Assembly (NCBI GenBank): GCA_030264375.1
Contig: JASCQW010000162.1
Span: forward strand, 103,317,332 to 103,381,331
Length of the DNA: 64,000 nucleotides
Origin: Carcharhinus longimanus
Taxonomy: Eukaryota
Direction of reading: 5' to 3'
Below are positions 1 through 11,949 of this stretch, piece after piece. The notes under the pieces were generated by a model that was not told the DNA's origin, did no database searches, and worked only from the letters and a program-made list of their open reading frames with translations. The position numbers and the translations under genes were made by a program. Every line of letters starts with the position of its first letter. The first letter of the stretch is position 1.

Positions 1-345
1 TGCTGTTTTCCAATCTGCGGGAACCACCCCAGAGTCCAGCGAATTTTGGTAAATTATCACTAGTGCATTTGCTATTTTTGCCTCCATCTCTTTTAGTACC
101 ATGGGATGCATTCCATCAGGACCTGGAGACTTGTCTACCTTTAGCCCCATTAACTTCCCAACACTACCTCTTTCGTGGTAATGATAGTTTCTAGGTTCTC
201 ATCTGCCATAGCCTTCCTGTCATCAATTTTTGGCATGTTATTTATGTCTTCCACTGTGAAGACTGACACAAAATACCTGTTCAATGCCTCAGCCATTTTC
301 TCATTTCTAGTTATTACACCCCCCTTCTCATCATATGTGGTGCAT
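1..345 (-). mobile_element. CR1-type LINE ORF2 fragment
   Basis: Minus strand reads GLKVDKSPGPDGMHPMVLKE...ANALVIIYQNSLDSGVVPADWKTA, typical of the CR1 pre-RT region. Confidence 0.85.
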
Positions 346-436
346 TCAGAGAAATTTCAGAAAAACCTAATAGCTTCACAATATCCACCATTTCCTGCTG
401 ACTTAACTAACTTTTCAAAACTCCTCCAACAAACCA

Positions 437-1058
437 TTCTTCTTCTTCTTCATAGGCAGTCCCTTGGAGTCGAGGATGACTTGCTACCACATTAAAAATA
501 AGTTCTGATTGCGGAGTCCAATGAGTAGCCTACAGTCTCTGTCCCAGGTGGGCAGAGAGTGGTTGGAGGACGGGGTAGGTGGGGTGTGTGGATTGCCACA
601 CGCTACTTTGATTGTTGATATTTGGCTTCAGCTTGTCTCGTCAATGAAACTTGAGGTGTTCAGTTCATTCCCAGACACTTTTCCTCCGTTTGTGGTGGTC
701 TTGGACCAGGGATTGCCAGGTGTCAACAGGGATGTTGAACTTCTTCAAGGCAGCTCTGAGGGTGTCCTCTGCCCTCCTGGGGCTTGCTTGCCATATCGCA
801 GCTTCAAGTAGAAGGCTAGTTTTAGGTGTCATCTGACAGGCAGGCGGATGATGATCAAGCATGGTCAATGCTTTGGTGTTGGGGATGTTGGCTTAAATGA
901 GAACAATGATTTGCTGCACCTATCCTGACAATAGATTTGCAGGACCTTGCAGACTCAGCTCATGGTCCACAGAGCAATATTGATACCCACCCTCCATATG
1001 GCTCAGAGACAATGGATTATGGAGAAACCTGGAGAAGTATGACCAGCACTGCCTCCAT
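437..1058 (-). mobile_element. RTE-clade LINE, 5'-truncated, with inverted 5' segment (~953-1058)
   Basis: Minus strand ...EDTLRAALKKFNIPVDTWQSLVQD resembles the RTE ORF2 C-terminus; (AAG)n tail at ~437-451; the plus-strand piece resembles LMVYRAV.IPTLLYGSETW...LEKYHQRCL; flanking direct repeat AACAAAC(C/T)A at 428-436 and 1059-1067. Confidence 0.8.
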
Positions 1059-1110
1059 AACAAACTAGTATTTCGACTATCTCTCCAGTAGCAAGTAGAT
1101 AACCAAAAAA

Positions 1111-1281
1111 CTCCAAAGACATGTGGGTTAGCTTGATTGGCCAGGCTAAATTGCCCCTCAGTGTCAGGGGGATTAGGAGGATAAATATGTGGGATTATGG
1201 GGATAGGGCTTGGGTGGGATTGTTGTCAGTGCAGGCTTGATGGGTCTATTGACCTCCTTCTGCATACAGACTCTATGATTC
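1111..1281 (+). mobile_element. HE1-like V-SINE, 3' part
   Basis: ccaaaga..gtgggttag..gattggccaggctaaattgcccc core and ctatgattc tail shared with the other copies in the window. Confidence 0.75.
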
Positions 1282-1415
1282 AAAAACAAGATGCATGAGA
1301 TGCATTTAAATCATGCTGGTGGAGATGGGGTTTGGAGGTGCAGGACTGGTCTTGTGCAGCTGAATGCATGCTCAGCTGTGCATGTCTAAAAGAGGGCATT
1401 AACCAGAGTGGTGAG

Positions 1416-1578
1416 AGTTAATTGTATATTGATTGTGTTTAACTGTATGCAGGTGGTGGCATTCGCTGTTGTTTTAATTGAGCGTACATAAAAAGACGTT
1501 TATTGAAACTGTGATGTGGTTGATTTAGGAAATGTATACTTGTGGAGATTAACACTGTAACTAAATGTAAGACTGAGT
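1416..1578 (+). repeat. 5' LTR of copia-type element (3' end hidden in N gap)
   Basis: Diverged direct repeat of 6851-7027 (ttaattgtatatt...tgcag.tggtgg.catt...ttgagc...ttgaaactgtg.tgtg). Confidence 0.7.
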
Positions 1579-2222
1579 NNNNNNNNNNNNNNNNNNNNNN
1601 NNNNNNNNNNNNNNNNNNNNNNNNNNNNNNNNNNNNNNNNNNNNNNNNNNNNNNNNNNNNNNNNNNNNNNNNNNNNNNNNNNNNNNNNNNNNNNNNNNNN
1701 NNNNNNNNNNNNNNNNNNNNNNNNNNNNNNNNNNNNNNNNNNNNNNNNNNNNNNNNNNNNNNNNNNNNNNNNNNNNNNNNNNNNNNNNNNNNNNNNNNNN
1801 NNNNNNNNNNNNNNNNNNNNNNNNNNNNNNNNNNNNNNNNNNNNNNNNNNNNNNNNNNNNNNNNNNNNNNNNNNNNNNNNNNNNNNNNNNNNNNNNNNNN
1901 NNNNNNNNNNNNNNNNNNNNNNNNNNNNNNNNNNNNNNNNNNNNNNNNNNNNNNNNNNNNNNNNNNNNNNNNNNNNNNNNNNNNNNNNNNNNNNNNNNNN
2001 NNNNNNNNNNNNNNNNNNNNNNNNNNNNNNNNNNNNNNNNNNNNNNNNNNNNNNNNNNNNNNNNNNNNNNNNNNNNNNNNNNNNNNNNNNNNNNNNNNNN
2101 NNNNNNNNNNNNNNNNNNNNNNNNNNNNNNNNNNNNNNNNNNNNNNNNNNNNNNNNNNNNNNNNNNNNNNNNNNNNNNNNNNNNNNNNNNNNNNNNNNNN
2201 NNNNNNNNNNNNNNNNNNNNNC

Positions 2223-2295
2223 CAATCTTGGTGTCATCAGCAAATTTCGACACCATACACTCGGTTCCCTCCTCCAGATCATCTATATAAATGTT
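2223..2295 (-). mobile_element. CR1 LINE RT fragment emerging from N gap
   Basis: DDLEEGTECMVSKFADDTKI (RT FADD motif). Confidence 0.85.
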
Positions 2296-2478
2296 AAAGT
2301 GTTATCTAGGTTTACTGAGTAGTGAGAATCAATACAAGATTAATTAGTATAAAAACGCTATCGGCGTGATGTTTGGTGATGACATGCATGAGGTCTCCAA
2401 AGAAAGTGGTAATTTTCTGTGAAATAGCTGGAGTAAGCCATGTTATCTGTACTGATACACCCTGAAAACCCTTTTAAC

Positions 2479-2590
2479 AGCTGGAATTCTCCAGCGCCAC
2501 TGGAAGTGAATGGAGTTTTGGCTCGAACGCTAAATTCTCCATTCTTACGTGCAGCGGGAGAGGCATGGACAAGATTGGAGAATCTTGCCC
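2479..2590. mobile_element. Short MITE (Harbinger-like TIRs)
   Basis: Imperfect TIRs gctggaattctcca ... tggagaatcttgccc; interrupts copia protease region. Confidence 0.6.
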
Positions 2591-2727
2591 ATAGTCTCTA
2601 GTGTAATACATATGCTGTTGCACAAATGCAACCTGTCATGTAGCATGATAAGGCAATTATATTGTAAAGTCACTGGATCTGCTGTCTACCCAGGCAGGAC
2701 ATTATTGTATCCCTTTAACAAAGCCAT

Positions 2728-2931
2728 GGGTGGAATTTTCCAGCCATTCTCGCCGAATAAATCTTCCAGTCCCACTGAAAGCGAGCCCCCTTGGCAGGTT
2801 CCCCAGCAGCGTTGTTTGTAAGCATGTGGCTTTGACACGACTGGAAGATCTCATCAGTGGTAAATGGCGAGACGTTTCTGCTGCTGGAAAATCTGCCATG
2901 AGAGGGCGGTGGGGTGGCAAAACCCAGCCCA
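2728..2931. mobile_element. MITE (Harbinger-like TIRs)
   Basis: gggtggaattttcc ... ggcaaaacccagccc; related copies at 25510, 38510 and 59513. Confidence 0.65.
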
Positions 2932-4404
2932 TTTGTTTCTGATCACCCTATTTGCTAGAAGTTAAAAACCCTGCTAAAGGATCTAGCTGTGTTTGATGAA
3001 TTGTATCTGAGGGTGATAGTCAAGATTACCAAAAGTGAGAAATACACAAAAAGTATTGGAACAGACTCCCACTTCCACTGGAATATGATGTTAACAAGTA
3101 ATTACAAAGAATCTAAAGGTAAGTGATGAAGCCAGAAATATCTTTGTTCAAAATTTTGTAGATCTTTGCCCAGATTCAGTTTCTCTACAATAACATACAG
3201 CGCAGCTAAAGACAAAACCATGGAAAAAGGCATAGGGTCTGGATTTGGAGCACCAGCAAATTTTCTGACTGATGATGGAGGGGAATTTGTCAATGACAAC
3301 TTTAGAGACATGTGTCTTGGGAAGACTTGAACATTCTGGTCATGAATACTGCAGCTGAAAGTCCTTTCAGCAACAGACTCTGTGAAGGGAATCAGTGGTA
3401 ATCGATAAAATGCTGCATAAACTCAGAGCTGATCAACCAGACAGCAAATTCACAGCTGCCTTGGCATGAGTGGTTTATGCAAAGAATTTGCTACATAGTT
3501 GAGCCTATTAGCCTGTTTATAGTTGAAATCCTAATTACCTATTGAGCTTTGTGATAGTCTTCCTGCTTGCAAAAATACTACAATTGGTTTGATTCATTTC
3601 TGAACATTTGAAAGTTTTACCTGCAGGCTTTCATCAAGTCTGAGGTCTCACAGAAAATTCGGAGAGCTCCGAGACATTGCAAAAGGCCATCTGAAGCAGA
3701 CTGCAATTCAGGAGATTTAGTATACTATAAAAGATAGGAACACAGGGAATAAAAAGATCCAGACCAGATAATAGTCATGATGGTAAGAGTACTTACCAAA
3801 TACGCCAACCAAATTATTCACGATTAATTACAAAATCTCAACACACTGAGCAGCTGATGGCAGTAAATGAAACATTTTGCCTGCCAAATGCTCAGGTATT
3901 TTGTGAAGTTCCTGAAAACAGAACTATTATATCTAAAGTGGATTGGCCATAGTGGGCCCGAGTTATATTAATTCCAGAGGGGTGAAGTGATTGGAGGGAT
4001 GCAACAATTGGCAGATGCAGAAAAAACCAGGACAATGGCCAAGAAGTGAAGTCAATGGACTGGCAGAATAGGGCGCAAGAGTGGGAAGTATTGAAGCACA
4101 GCAAAGTACTCATGACGAGTCCAGAAGTGACTCTTGTGCCAGAACACAATCGTACACTGAAGAAAGAGCCCAGTTAAAGAAGGAGATCTTGCAGTTTATA
4201 GTCCCCAACAGGCATAAAAGTGCAAGTAGAATCTGTAGTTTAAGAAGGATTACACAATGAAAGAGGCCACAGAATATTCTCTGAAAAAGACTTGAAACAA
4301 AAGCCCCTGGGGTGGGTGTGAAGATTTATGGTTGCCCATAAATTTAAGGATAGACTAATTAAGAGGGGTGAGATGAAGGCAATTAGATAGTTCAAGAGAA
4401 TTTG

Positions 4405-4683
4405 GAGTTCATTCTGACCTTGGGTCACTGTCTGTGTAAACTTTGCATGTTCTCCCCATGTCTGCATGGGTTTCCTCTGGGTACTCGAGTTTCCTCCCAC
4501 AGTCCAAAGATGTGCAGGTTAGGTTAATTGGCCATGCTAAATTGTGCCTTAATGTCAGGGGGTTTAGCTGGGTAAATATGTGCGATTACAACAGTAGGGC
4601 CTGGGTGAGGTTGTTGTTGGTGCAGGTTCGATGGGCTGAAAGGTTGCCTTTTGTACTGTAGGGATCTTATCCTGTGATTCTAT
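4405..4683 (+). mobile_element. HE1-like V-SINE (in duplicated block)
   Basis: gggtcactgtctgtgt...tttgcatgttctccccatgtctgcatgggtttcctc...tttcctcccacagtccaaagatgtgcaggttagg. Confidence 0.9.
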
Positions 4684-5562
4684 ATCTAGAGAGACATTAG
4701 CCATTGAACTAGTTGGACACTCAGTTTAGACAGGATGTTAGTTTTGATATTAAATACAATGATGCAAGACCCTAAAGTAGAAAATGTCCCAAGGGTGAAT
4801 AAAATATAAAAGAAAATTGAATCTAGATGTATGCATACTTAAGTTCCCATTCCTAGGTGGCCCAAAGAATATAAAATGCCACAATTTTAGTGGTGCTTTT
4901 CATGCTAATCTTCCTGATGGATAATCTAGAGCAGCTGGTTTCATAAGAGGTAACCAACTTTATCAGAAAAGTGGCTTGTACTAAAAAAATTCCTTGCAGA
5001 TGGGACCTCTAAGGGTGAAGTCAGGCTGGTTGCTTGGGGTTTTGAAGAGCAACTATGAAATAATACAGATGTTAGAGCATACTCTCCAAGAGGTGGAAAA
5101 TAAATAATGAAAATCTTAACTCCAATGGCCACAGATTCATGAAAGTGTAGATCAGTTGTCTTACAAGTTGTTTTTCTAAAGCATTATACTGTTCAGACAG
5201 AGGTGTTTCTGGAACTACCCAAAGAGGCAGCAGGCCTGAATGATGCTTTCCGGGTATGGCATTTTGCAGTGTGATCTACTTTGCTGAAAATAGATTATGC
5301 TCAATCTAAAAGCAAATCCCACAATGTTTTTTTGGTATCATAAAGGAAAACTTTTAGGCATGTGGATGGTTTCTTAGAGGGTGATATTGTGAAATTTGAG
5401 AATTGTGTTATAAGGTTAGAGCAGAATTGGAATTCTGGCTTGTGGAATTGAAATATATTAGTTCCAATATTGAGGAGAGTAGGTCTGGAATGACTTTATG
5501 TCAAAAATTACTGCCATCTCAATGAATTGTGCTGGGTCACCACTGAAAGGTATATTGCAAGA

Positions 5563-5753
5563 TGGGCAGCATTGTGCTTCACAGTGCTAAGGTCCCGGGT
5601 TCAATTCCGACCTTCGGTCACTGTGTAAACTTTGCATGTTCTCCCCATATCTGCATGGGTTTCCTCTGGGCGTTCCAGTTTCCTCCCACAGTCCAAAGAT
5701 GTGCAGGTTAGGTTAATTGGCCATGCTAAATTGTGCCTTAATGTCAGGGGGTT
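5563..5753 (+). mobile_element. HE1-like V-SINE (3' end in gap)
   Basis: tRNA-like head with B box ggttcaattcc, followed by the same V-domain core. Confidence 0.9.
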
Positions 5754-6221
5754 NNNNNNNNNNNNNNNNNNNNNNNNNNNNNNNNNNNNNNNNNNNNNNN
5801 NNNNNNNNNNNNNNNNNNNNNNNNNNNNNNNNNNNNNNNNNNNNNNNNNNNNNATTAAATACAATTGATGCAAGACTAAAGTAGAAAATGTCCCAAGGGT
5901 GAACAAAATATTAAAAAAATTAAATCTAGATATATGCATACTTAAGTTCCCATTCCTAGGTGGCCCAAAGAATATGAAACTCCACAATTTTAGTGGTGCT
6001 TCTCATGCTAATCTTCCTGATGGATAATCTGGAGCAGCTGGTTTCATAATATTTCTTACGGGTGAAAATGGGAGATACCCTTTAGCTTGGGAGGCTAAGA
6101 AAATAAAAAGGATTGTTTAAGTAATTTTAGCTGTTGAAACACTGGCTGTTACATAGGCAGTAGATATAAGATTCTATTTGTTAGATATTTTCAATGAAAT
6201 TCTACACAAGGGCATAAGCAT

Positions 6222-6490
6222 TTACCACTCCTGCCTCACACTGGCAGGGACCCGGGATTGATTCCCAGCTTGGTTCACTGTCTGTGCGGAGTCCACATGT
6301 TCTTCCTGCGTCTGTGTGGGTTTCCTCCCACAGTCCGAAAGACNNNNNNNNNNTGGTTAGATGCATTGACCATACTAAATTTTCCCTCATTGCACCCGAA
6401 CAGGCGCTGAAGTGTAGCAACTAGGGGATTTTCATAGTAACTTCATTGCAGTGTTAATGTAAGCCTACTTGTGATACCAATAAATAACCA
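6222..6490 (+). mobile_element. V-SINE variant with a different 3' tail
   Basis: Same tRNA head and V core, but tail actaggggattttca.agtaacttcattgcagtgttaatgtaagcctacttgtga; copies at 45550 and 61285. Confidence 0.85.
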
Positions 6491-6850
6491 TAAAACTTAA
6501 AAACTTACTGAAGATAGTAGACCCATTGAATGTTCTGCAGATAATTATTTCATGGTGGGGTAATGTACACTATGAAAAATGTGAGTAAGAAAATGTTTTC
6601 GAAAGATACTGGCTTGAAAGAAATGCTGGGGAGAAAGGAAATCTCTAAAATTAAATGGGTTGATGCCAGTCATCAATGGTTTGGTTATTTTCCAAAATGA
6701 AATGGTTGTACAAAGAATTGTCACAGGTCCTACAGGCGAGGTATCTTGCAATCTAATGCTTTGTATAGAATATGGAGGCTTTTTATTTGCTTTTTAAAAA
6801 AATTGCTTATGCTTATTAATTTTACTTTTTCTTAAAGAGAAATAAGGACA

Positions 6851-7027
6851 TTTTTAATTGTATATTAATCATGTTTAATTGTTTGCAGATGGTGGGCATT
6901 AACTAGAGTTTCACTTGAGCAGATATAAAGAAGCATTTCTTGAAACTGTGGTGTGTCTGAAATAGGAGGTACATGCTTGTAATGTGTAACTCTTATGAAA
7001 AAATAGAGACAGACTCAAATGGTAACA
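6851..7027 (+). repeat. 3' LTR of copia-type element
   Basis: Follows the purine tract aagagaaataagga, matches 1416-1578, and plausibly ends in ...ggtaaCA. Confidence 0.7.
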
Positions 7028-7289
7028 TTCATTCACTAGTTTTCTGAAACAGCGAGGTCCAAATAGCAGGTTGGGTGTCTAATGAGCTTTAGGCACTGAC
7101 TGATGTCCCAATCTGCCTACTCTGAATACTTCTGCTGCATGGATGGAATATTTATGCTTTTAGTCTTAAAAACATAGCTTGGGTATGGGTTAGACCAGAG
7201 ATGGCACCAGGTACCATTTTTCAACTGAAATGGCTCCTGATTTCTGGATATCCTGTTGCAACCATATATGGTACTGCTGAGGCCACAGT

Positions 7290-7890
7290 TTTGGCCACCC
7301 TATCTTGAGGAGGTTACACTTGGCTTAGAGGTGGATCCAACAAAGATGCATTGGACTGATCCCTGGGATGAAAGGCCTGTCCAATAAGGAGAGATGGAGT
7401 GAAATGGGCCCCTATTCTGTGGAGTTTTGAAGACTGAGGATGTGATCTCATTGAACCATATAAAAATTTTCGAGTTTGACAAGGTAGATCTGGGAGTATG
7501 GAGAGACAACGGGCCTCGCTTGAGCGAGATTAGAAATTCACGCCCGAAGTCAGAGATTTCCATTGTCCGGCCCTCGCCTGCTCCGAATCCGTGGCAGGCG
7601 AGGTGGTAGAGTTCCGGCGTATAAGTAGGAGTTACAGTCTCAAGGTAAGACTTCAGTCATTTAAAGCTGAGAAGAAATTTCTTCACTTAGAGATTTGGGA
7701 ACCTTTCTAATTCTCCACCCCAGAGAGCTGGGGATGCTCAGTCAATCAGTATAATCAAGACAGCAATCAATAGATTCTAGGCACTTAGAGGATCAAAAGA
7801 TATAAAAATAGGATGAGAAAGTGGAGTTGATGTAATACTTCAGTCATCAGTTTATTGATAGGTGATATTTCTGTTTTTTTCCTTATGCAC
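7290..7890 (+). mobile_element. Old CR1 LINE 3' fragment with nested MITE (~7510-7620)
   Basis: CR1 3' motifs (gagaagaaatttcttcact, ctaccccagagagctg-like). Confidence 0.7.
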
Positions 7891-7998
7891 AAACGTAATT
7901 GCTGCAAAGAAGTAAATCACTGTATACTTTTTATTAAGTAGATAAAAATGAGGAGTACTGAGACTGACTAATTCAACTTGTTTAAAATTGTACTCTGT

Positions 7999-8304
7999 AG
8001 GGTAATACAGTGGTTAGCATTGCTGCAACATAGCACTAGGGACCTGGGTTCAATTCCAGCCTCAAGTCATTGTGCAAACTTCGCACAGACAATCTCCCTG
8101 TACCTGCAGGGGTTTCTTCCCACAGTCCAAAGATGTGTGGGTTCAGTAGATTGGCCATGCTAAATTGCCTCTTACTGTCAGGGAGATTAGCAGGGTAGAT
8201 ACGTGGGGCAACTGGGATAGGGCCTGGCTGGGACTGTTGTTGGTACAGGATCAATGGACTGAATGACCTCCTTCCGCATTATAAGAATACTATGATTCTA
8301 TGAT
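7999..8304 (+). mobile_element. HE1-like V-SINE
   Basis: cagtggttagca A-box region, gggttcaattcc B box, V core, ctatgattctatga tail. Confidence 0.88.
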
Positions 8305-8914
8305 ATGGTCTCTTCAACCTGGCAGAGAACAAGATCATCCTGTTTTCAGATGGTGGTATCTCCATTTTTAATTAATCCAGAACTTTCCAGGCCATTTGCT
8401 CTTTTCATCCTTTTATCACAGGTTGAACTTCTGTCTTTTTATGTGGTGGAGAAAGGGCAAGATGGCTATATTATTCATGCATTTTCAGCAATTCAGTGGT
8501 TGTTTTTTTTTACTAAACTGGATTTTCTGAAGAGATTATTTAAAGTAATTTGAAAGAAATTACAGCCATTATGGACTGTTCAAAATACTACAGACACCGA
8601 GGTTGTGAGCTGTAATAAATGTTCCGTAACTATTCTGCTCGCTGATTCTTGGGACACAAATGCAATTTTATTAATAGTGCTTGCGCACATAACAAGGCTA
8701 ATAGTTCATTCACTCCTGGTTGGAAATGTTTCTTCCTTCATGCAATACACACATAGAAGGAGTTTGATAAAGGCTCACTGATCATAACATGAAACAATAT
8801 GTCGAAATTAGACTTGCATGAAACAACACTTACCTCTGCTCACTCATCCCTGTACACATCTATTTTTCCATGGAGCTAATTACAAAATGGTTGCTAAGCA
8901 TCATTTCAACATCA

Positions 8915-9088
8915 GGGATAATTTTAACCTAACTCGCTCAGTGAGAAACTGACAAGATTAAATTAGCCAGCTGTTTTATATCCAGTTTGATTTCACTTTC
9001 CCTCGATTTCAATGGAAGGGATGTAAAACAGACTGCGATTTTGAGCCTGTAAGTTTTCCGGCAGGTGGTTAAAGATTAAGATTATTAA
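8915..9088. mobile_element. Old MITE-like palindromic element
   Basis: gataattttaacctaac ... gttaaagattaagattat terminal inverted similarity. Confidence 0.45.
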
Positions 9089-9230
9089 ACTAGTGAACTG
9101 CTCTACGTGCTGCATTGCTATGGGCCATTGTTTACATTCAATTCTGAATGTTAATGTAGCCAACTTTCAATGCTGGTGTGGAAGTATGACCACATAATGT
9201 TATTGTGGGAAGTGTGTACATACATTAACA

Positions 9231-9520
9231 GTGGCTTGGTGACGCAGTATTTAGCACTGCTATCTTACAACATGAGGGATCCAGGTTCAATTTCGGCCTC
9301 CGGTCACTGTGGAGTTTGCATGATTCTCTGTCTGTGTGGTTTTCTCCCACATTCCAAAGATTTGCTGGTTAGGTTGATTAGCCATGCTAAATTGCTTCTT
9401 AGTGTCAAGGCAACTGGCAGGGTAAGTAAGTGGGTTTTACAGGGATAGGGCTTGGGTTGGTGCAGGCTTGATGGGATAAATGGCCTCCTTCTGCACTGTA
9501 TGGATTCTACGATTCTGTAT
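9231..9520 (+). mobile_element. HE1-like V-SINE
   Basis: tRNA head, V core, tail aatggcctccttctgcactgtatggattcta. Confidence 0.88.
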
Positions 9521-10206
9521 GTTTTAGTGCTTGGCATCCAAAACAAAACAGTTCTAATCTATGGCCACATATAGAACTGCTAAAACCAATTGTGACTGCA
9601 CTTCTGGTGAGAATGGGGAGGGAAAAACTAATTTTGCTTGGGGTGACAGATTTGCACAGGCTTTCACACCAAATGTTACGTTAAGGTACCAGTGATTACA
9701 AAATTGTGATTGCTTTTATCATTGTTATTTATCTTCATTGTTAAGTTAATCTTCTCGTAATAACTACAAAATTCATTTAGTGAAAAGCATTGTGTTAAAT
9801 ATGAAGGACACATTTTTGAAACAGCTCTGTTGCATCTTGAAATGCTGAAGGCTAAAGCATAATTCAGCTGACAGATTTATGGAACACAAGCAGACTTATA
9901 AGCTGAAATTATTTATTGAAGTGTCAAAGAATGGAAGTTTACAAAAGTTCATTCTCAATAATTTTCATTACCCATGGCAAGCCACATTCTTTGTACAAGT
10001 CAACAACAGAATAATTCCTGTTTGAAATCAGCCAGATGGAGATAACACAGGACACTGGATTGATTTGCATTTCTCAAAAAATCTATATTGATAGGCAAAA
10101 AGAGAGAAACACTTTGTTCAGAAAGAACTCTGAGCTGACTTGTGAAGAAACAATTAAATTGTAAGGGCAGGTACATTTTCCACCTCTTNNNNNNNNNNNN
10201 NNNNNN

Positions 10207-11027
10207 TGCTCCCCTTTCCTTGAATTAATTACTGGGAAGACCAAAACCATTGTCTTCTACCACACCACAAAGTCCATTCTGTAGCTACTGACTCCAATCC
10301 TCTCCTTGGTGACTCTGAGGCTGAACCAGGCTATTAGCAAATTTACTGTCATATTTAACTCCCATGATGGAACTTCCAACCACATGTACATCACATGCAA
10401 TCACAAAGATGCTTATTACCACTTCTGTAACATTGCCCAAGTCCACCCTGCCCCCACTCATTTACTGCTGAAACCTTCATCCGTGCCTTTGTTACAACTA
10501 GACTTTATTATTTCAATGAATTCCTGGCCAACCTCCCAAGTTCTAGCCTCCACAATCATGAAATCAACTAAAACTGGGCTGCCCAGATAGTAACTCTTAT
10601 CAAAGCCCATTTGCCTTGGGCTCATTTACCTATGTTGGCTCCAGGTTAAGCAACACTTCACTTTCAAAATTTTCATTCTTGTAATCAAATCACTTGCATC
10701 TCTTCTAGTCCTAAAACCTTTCAAGTTTTCAGCGCTCCTCCACTGGTCGCTTCTTTAGCATCTATGAACTCAATCATTCCATTGTTGGAAGATGTGCCTT
10801 CAACTGCCTAGAAACTAAACTCTGGAATTTCTTCCCTAAGCTTCTCACCTCTATCTTTCTTTAAGAAACTCTTTAAAATATACCTTTTTGACCAAGGTCT
10901 TTGTTATCAATCCTACCATCCACTTGTGGAGTACCCTGTCAAGTTATGATTGATGGCACTCCTGTAAAGTGGTTATGGATATTTTACTACAATACAGGCA
11001 GCATATAAATACAGACTGTTGTTGTTG
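10207..11027 (+). mobile_element. L2-clade LINE 3' fragment
   Basis: Degenerate LN.GKT..IVF motif, aaactctggaatttc, ctttttgaccaag, and a tatataaat...tgttgttgttg type 3' end. Confidence 0.7.
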
Positions 11028-11949
11028 AATGGGCTTATCATGGGTGAATGAGAGGTAGTGTCTCATAGTGACTACAAAACAAGGTTGGCATATTTTCAGC
11101 CCCTTAATGCTGATGCTCCAGCCAATCTCCATTTTCATAAGGGTATTCCACTGGGCGTACAGAAACATGCCCTATTTCAAACAATAGGCCCCAAGTCAAA
11201 GTCCTGCGATTCAAAGGATTCCAGCTGAGCGGAGCTGATCAAAGCATGAACTGCCCATTTTCCAACCAGCTTTTCTGGCAATAGACCCAAAATGACCCAA
11301 GACAGGCAAGTTTTAAAATATTCTTCTGTTGTTGAGGAAACCAACAGAAATCTGCTCAGGAGTTAGCTTGCTGCTGGCTAGGTGGCACCAAATAGTGCAT
11401 AGGCCAGAATCCAGCAAGCTATACTGGGTTGCCTGCTCAGACATTTGGGTCTATTTAAATAAGACCTGGCCTCAAAATGGCCCTGGCCACTTTACCACAA
11501 GAAATATTGGACAGGCAGCCAATAAATTGAAATCTACCCCTATCTGAGAATGTAAATACACGTTGTACCATTTCATAGTAGAATAGTGCACGAACATAAC
11601 TAATTTGGAGTAGCTGGACATTCTTAATTGTAGATTTGGCTTGCAATTATATGAGAAAAGCCATTTTCTAACATAAGTACTACTAAACTTACATTAATCA
11701 CACGACATTTATACAATGCATTATCTTCCCAGAAAAAAAATTATTTTTATGTAATTGTTCCATCGCTTTCACTCATGAATATTACATGCAATGTGCCAAA
11801 GTAATACTGAAAATCTAAGTTTTCTGGACAAAGTAGTTGATAGTACAAACCGTATCACCTAGTTCATTTTAAAGGACATTTGGAATAAGCACAAATTAAT
11901 CAACTACCAAGAGTGTCTTCATACTCATTAGCAAAGGAACAAGTAATCG

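Larger units (their letters stand above)
1416..7027 (+). mobile_element. Decayed Ty1/copia LTR retrotransposon (GalEa-like), with nested SINE, MITE and CR1 insertions
   Basis: Domain order PR-INT-RT-RH. Protease-region KVVIFCEIAGVSHVICTD (~2400) and TQAGHYCIPL (~2690); integrase GFGAPANFLTDDGGEFVNDNFRDMC and NTAAESPFSNRLCEGN (3240-3395), FIKSEVSQKIRRAPRH, GDLVYYKR; RT VRLVAWGFEE (~5020), GLNDAFRVWHF, HVDGF; RNase H ASHANLPDG, LAWEAKKIKR, KIKWVDASHQ; purine tract ~6835-6850 before the 3' LTR. Confidence 0.88.

Noticed and set aside
1500-2297. Long ORFs over N runs (also 11896-12466, 33162-33820, 58250-58660)
   Set aside because: Artefacts of translating gaps; flanks are CR1, LTR or MITE sequence
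8834-8875. Possible 42-nt cryptic PTPRG exon (attag|CTCC...GCAGAG|gtaagt)
   Set aside because: Perfect donor but poor pyrimidine tract, in-frame TGA in the required phase, and no similarity to the expected transmembrane exon
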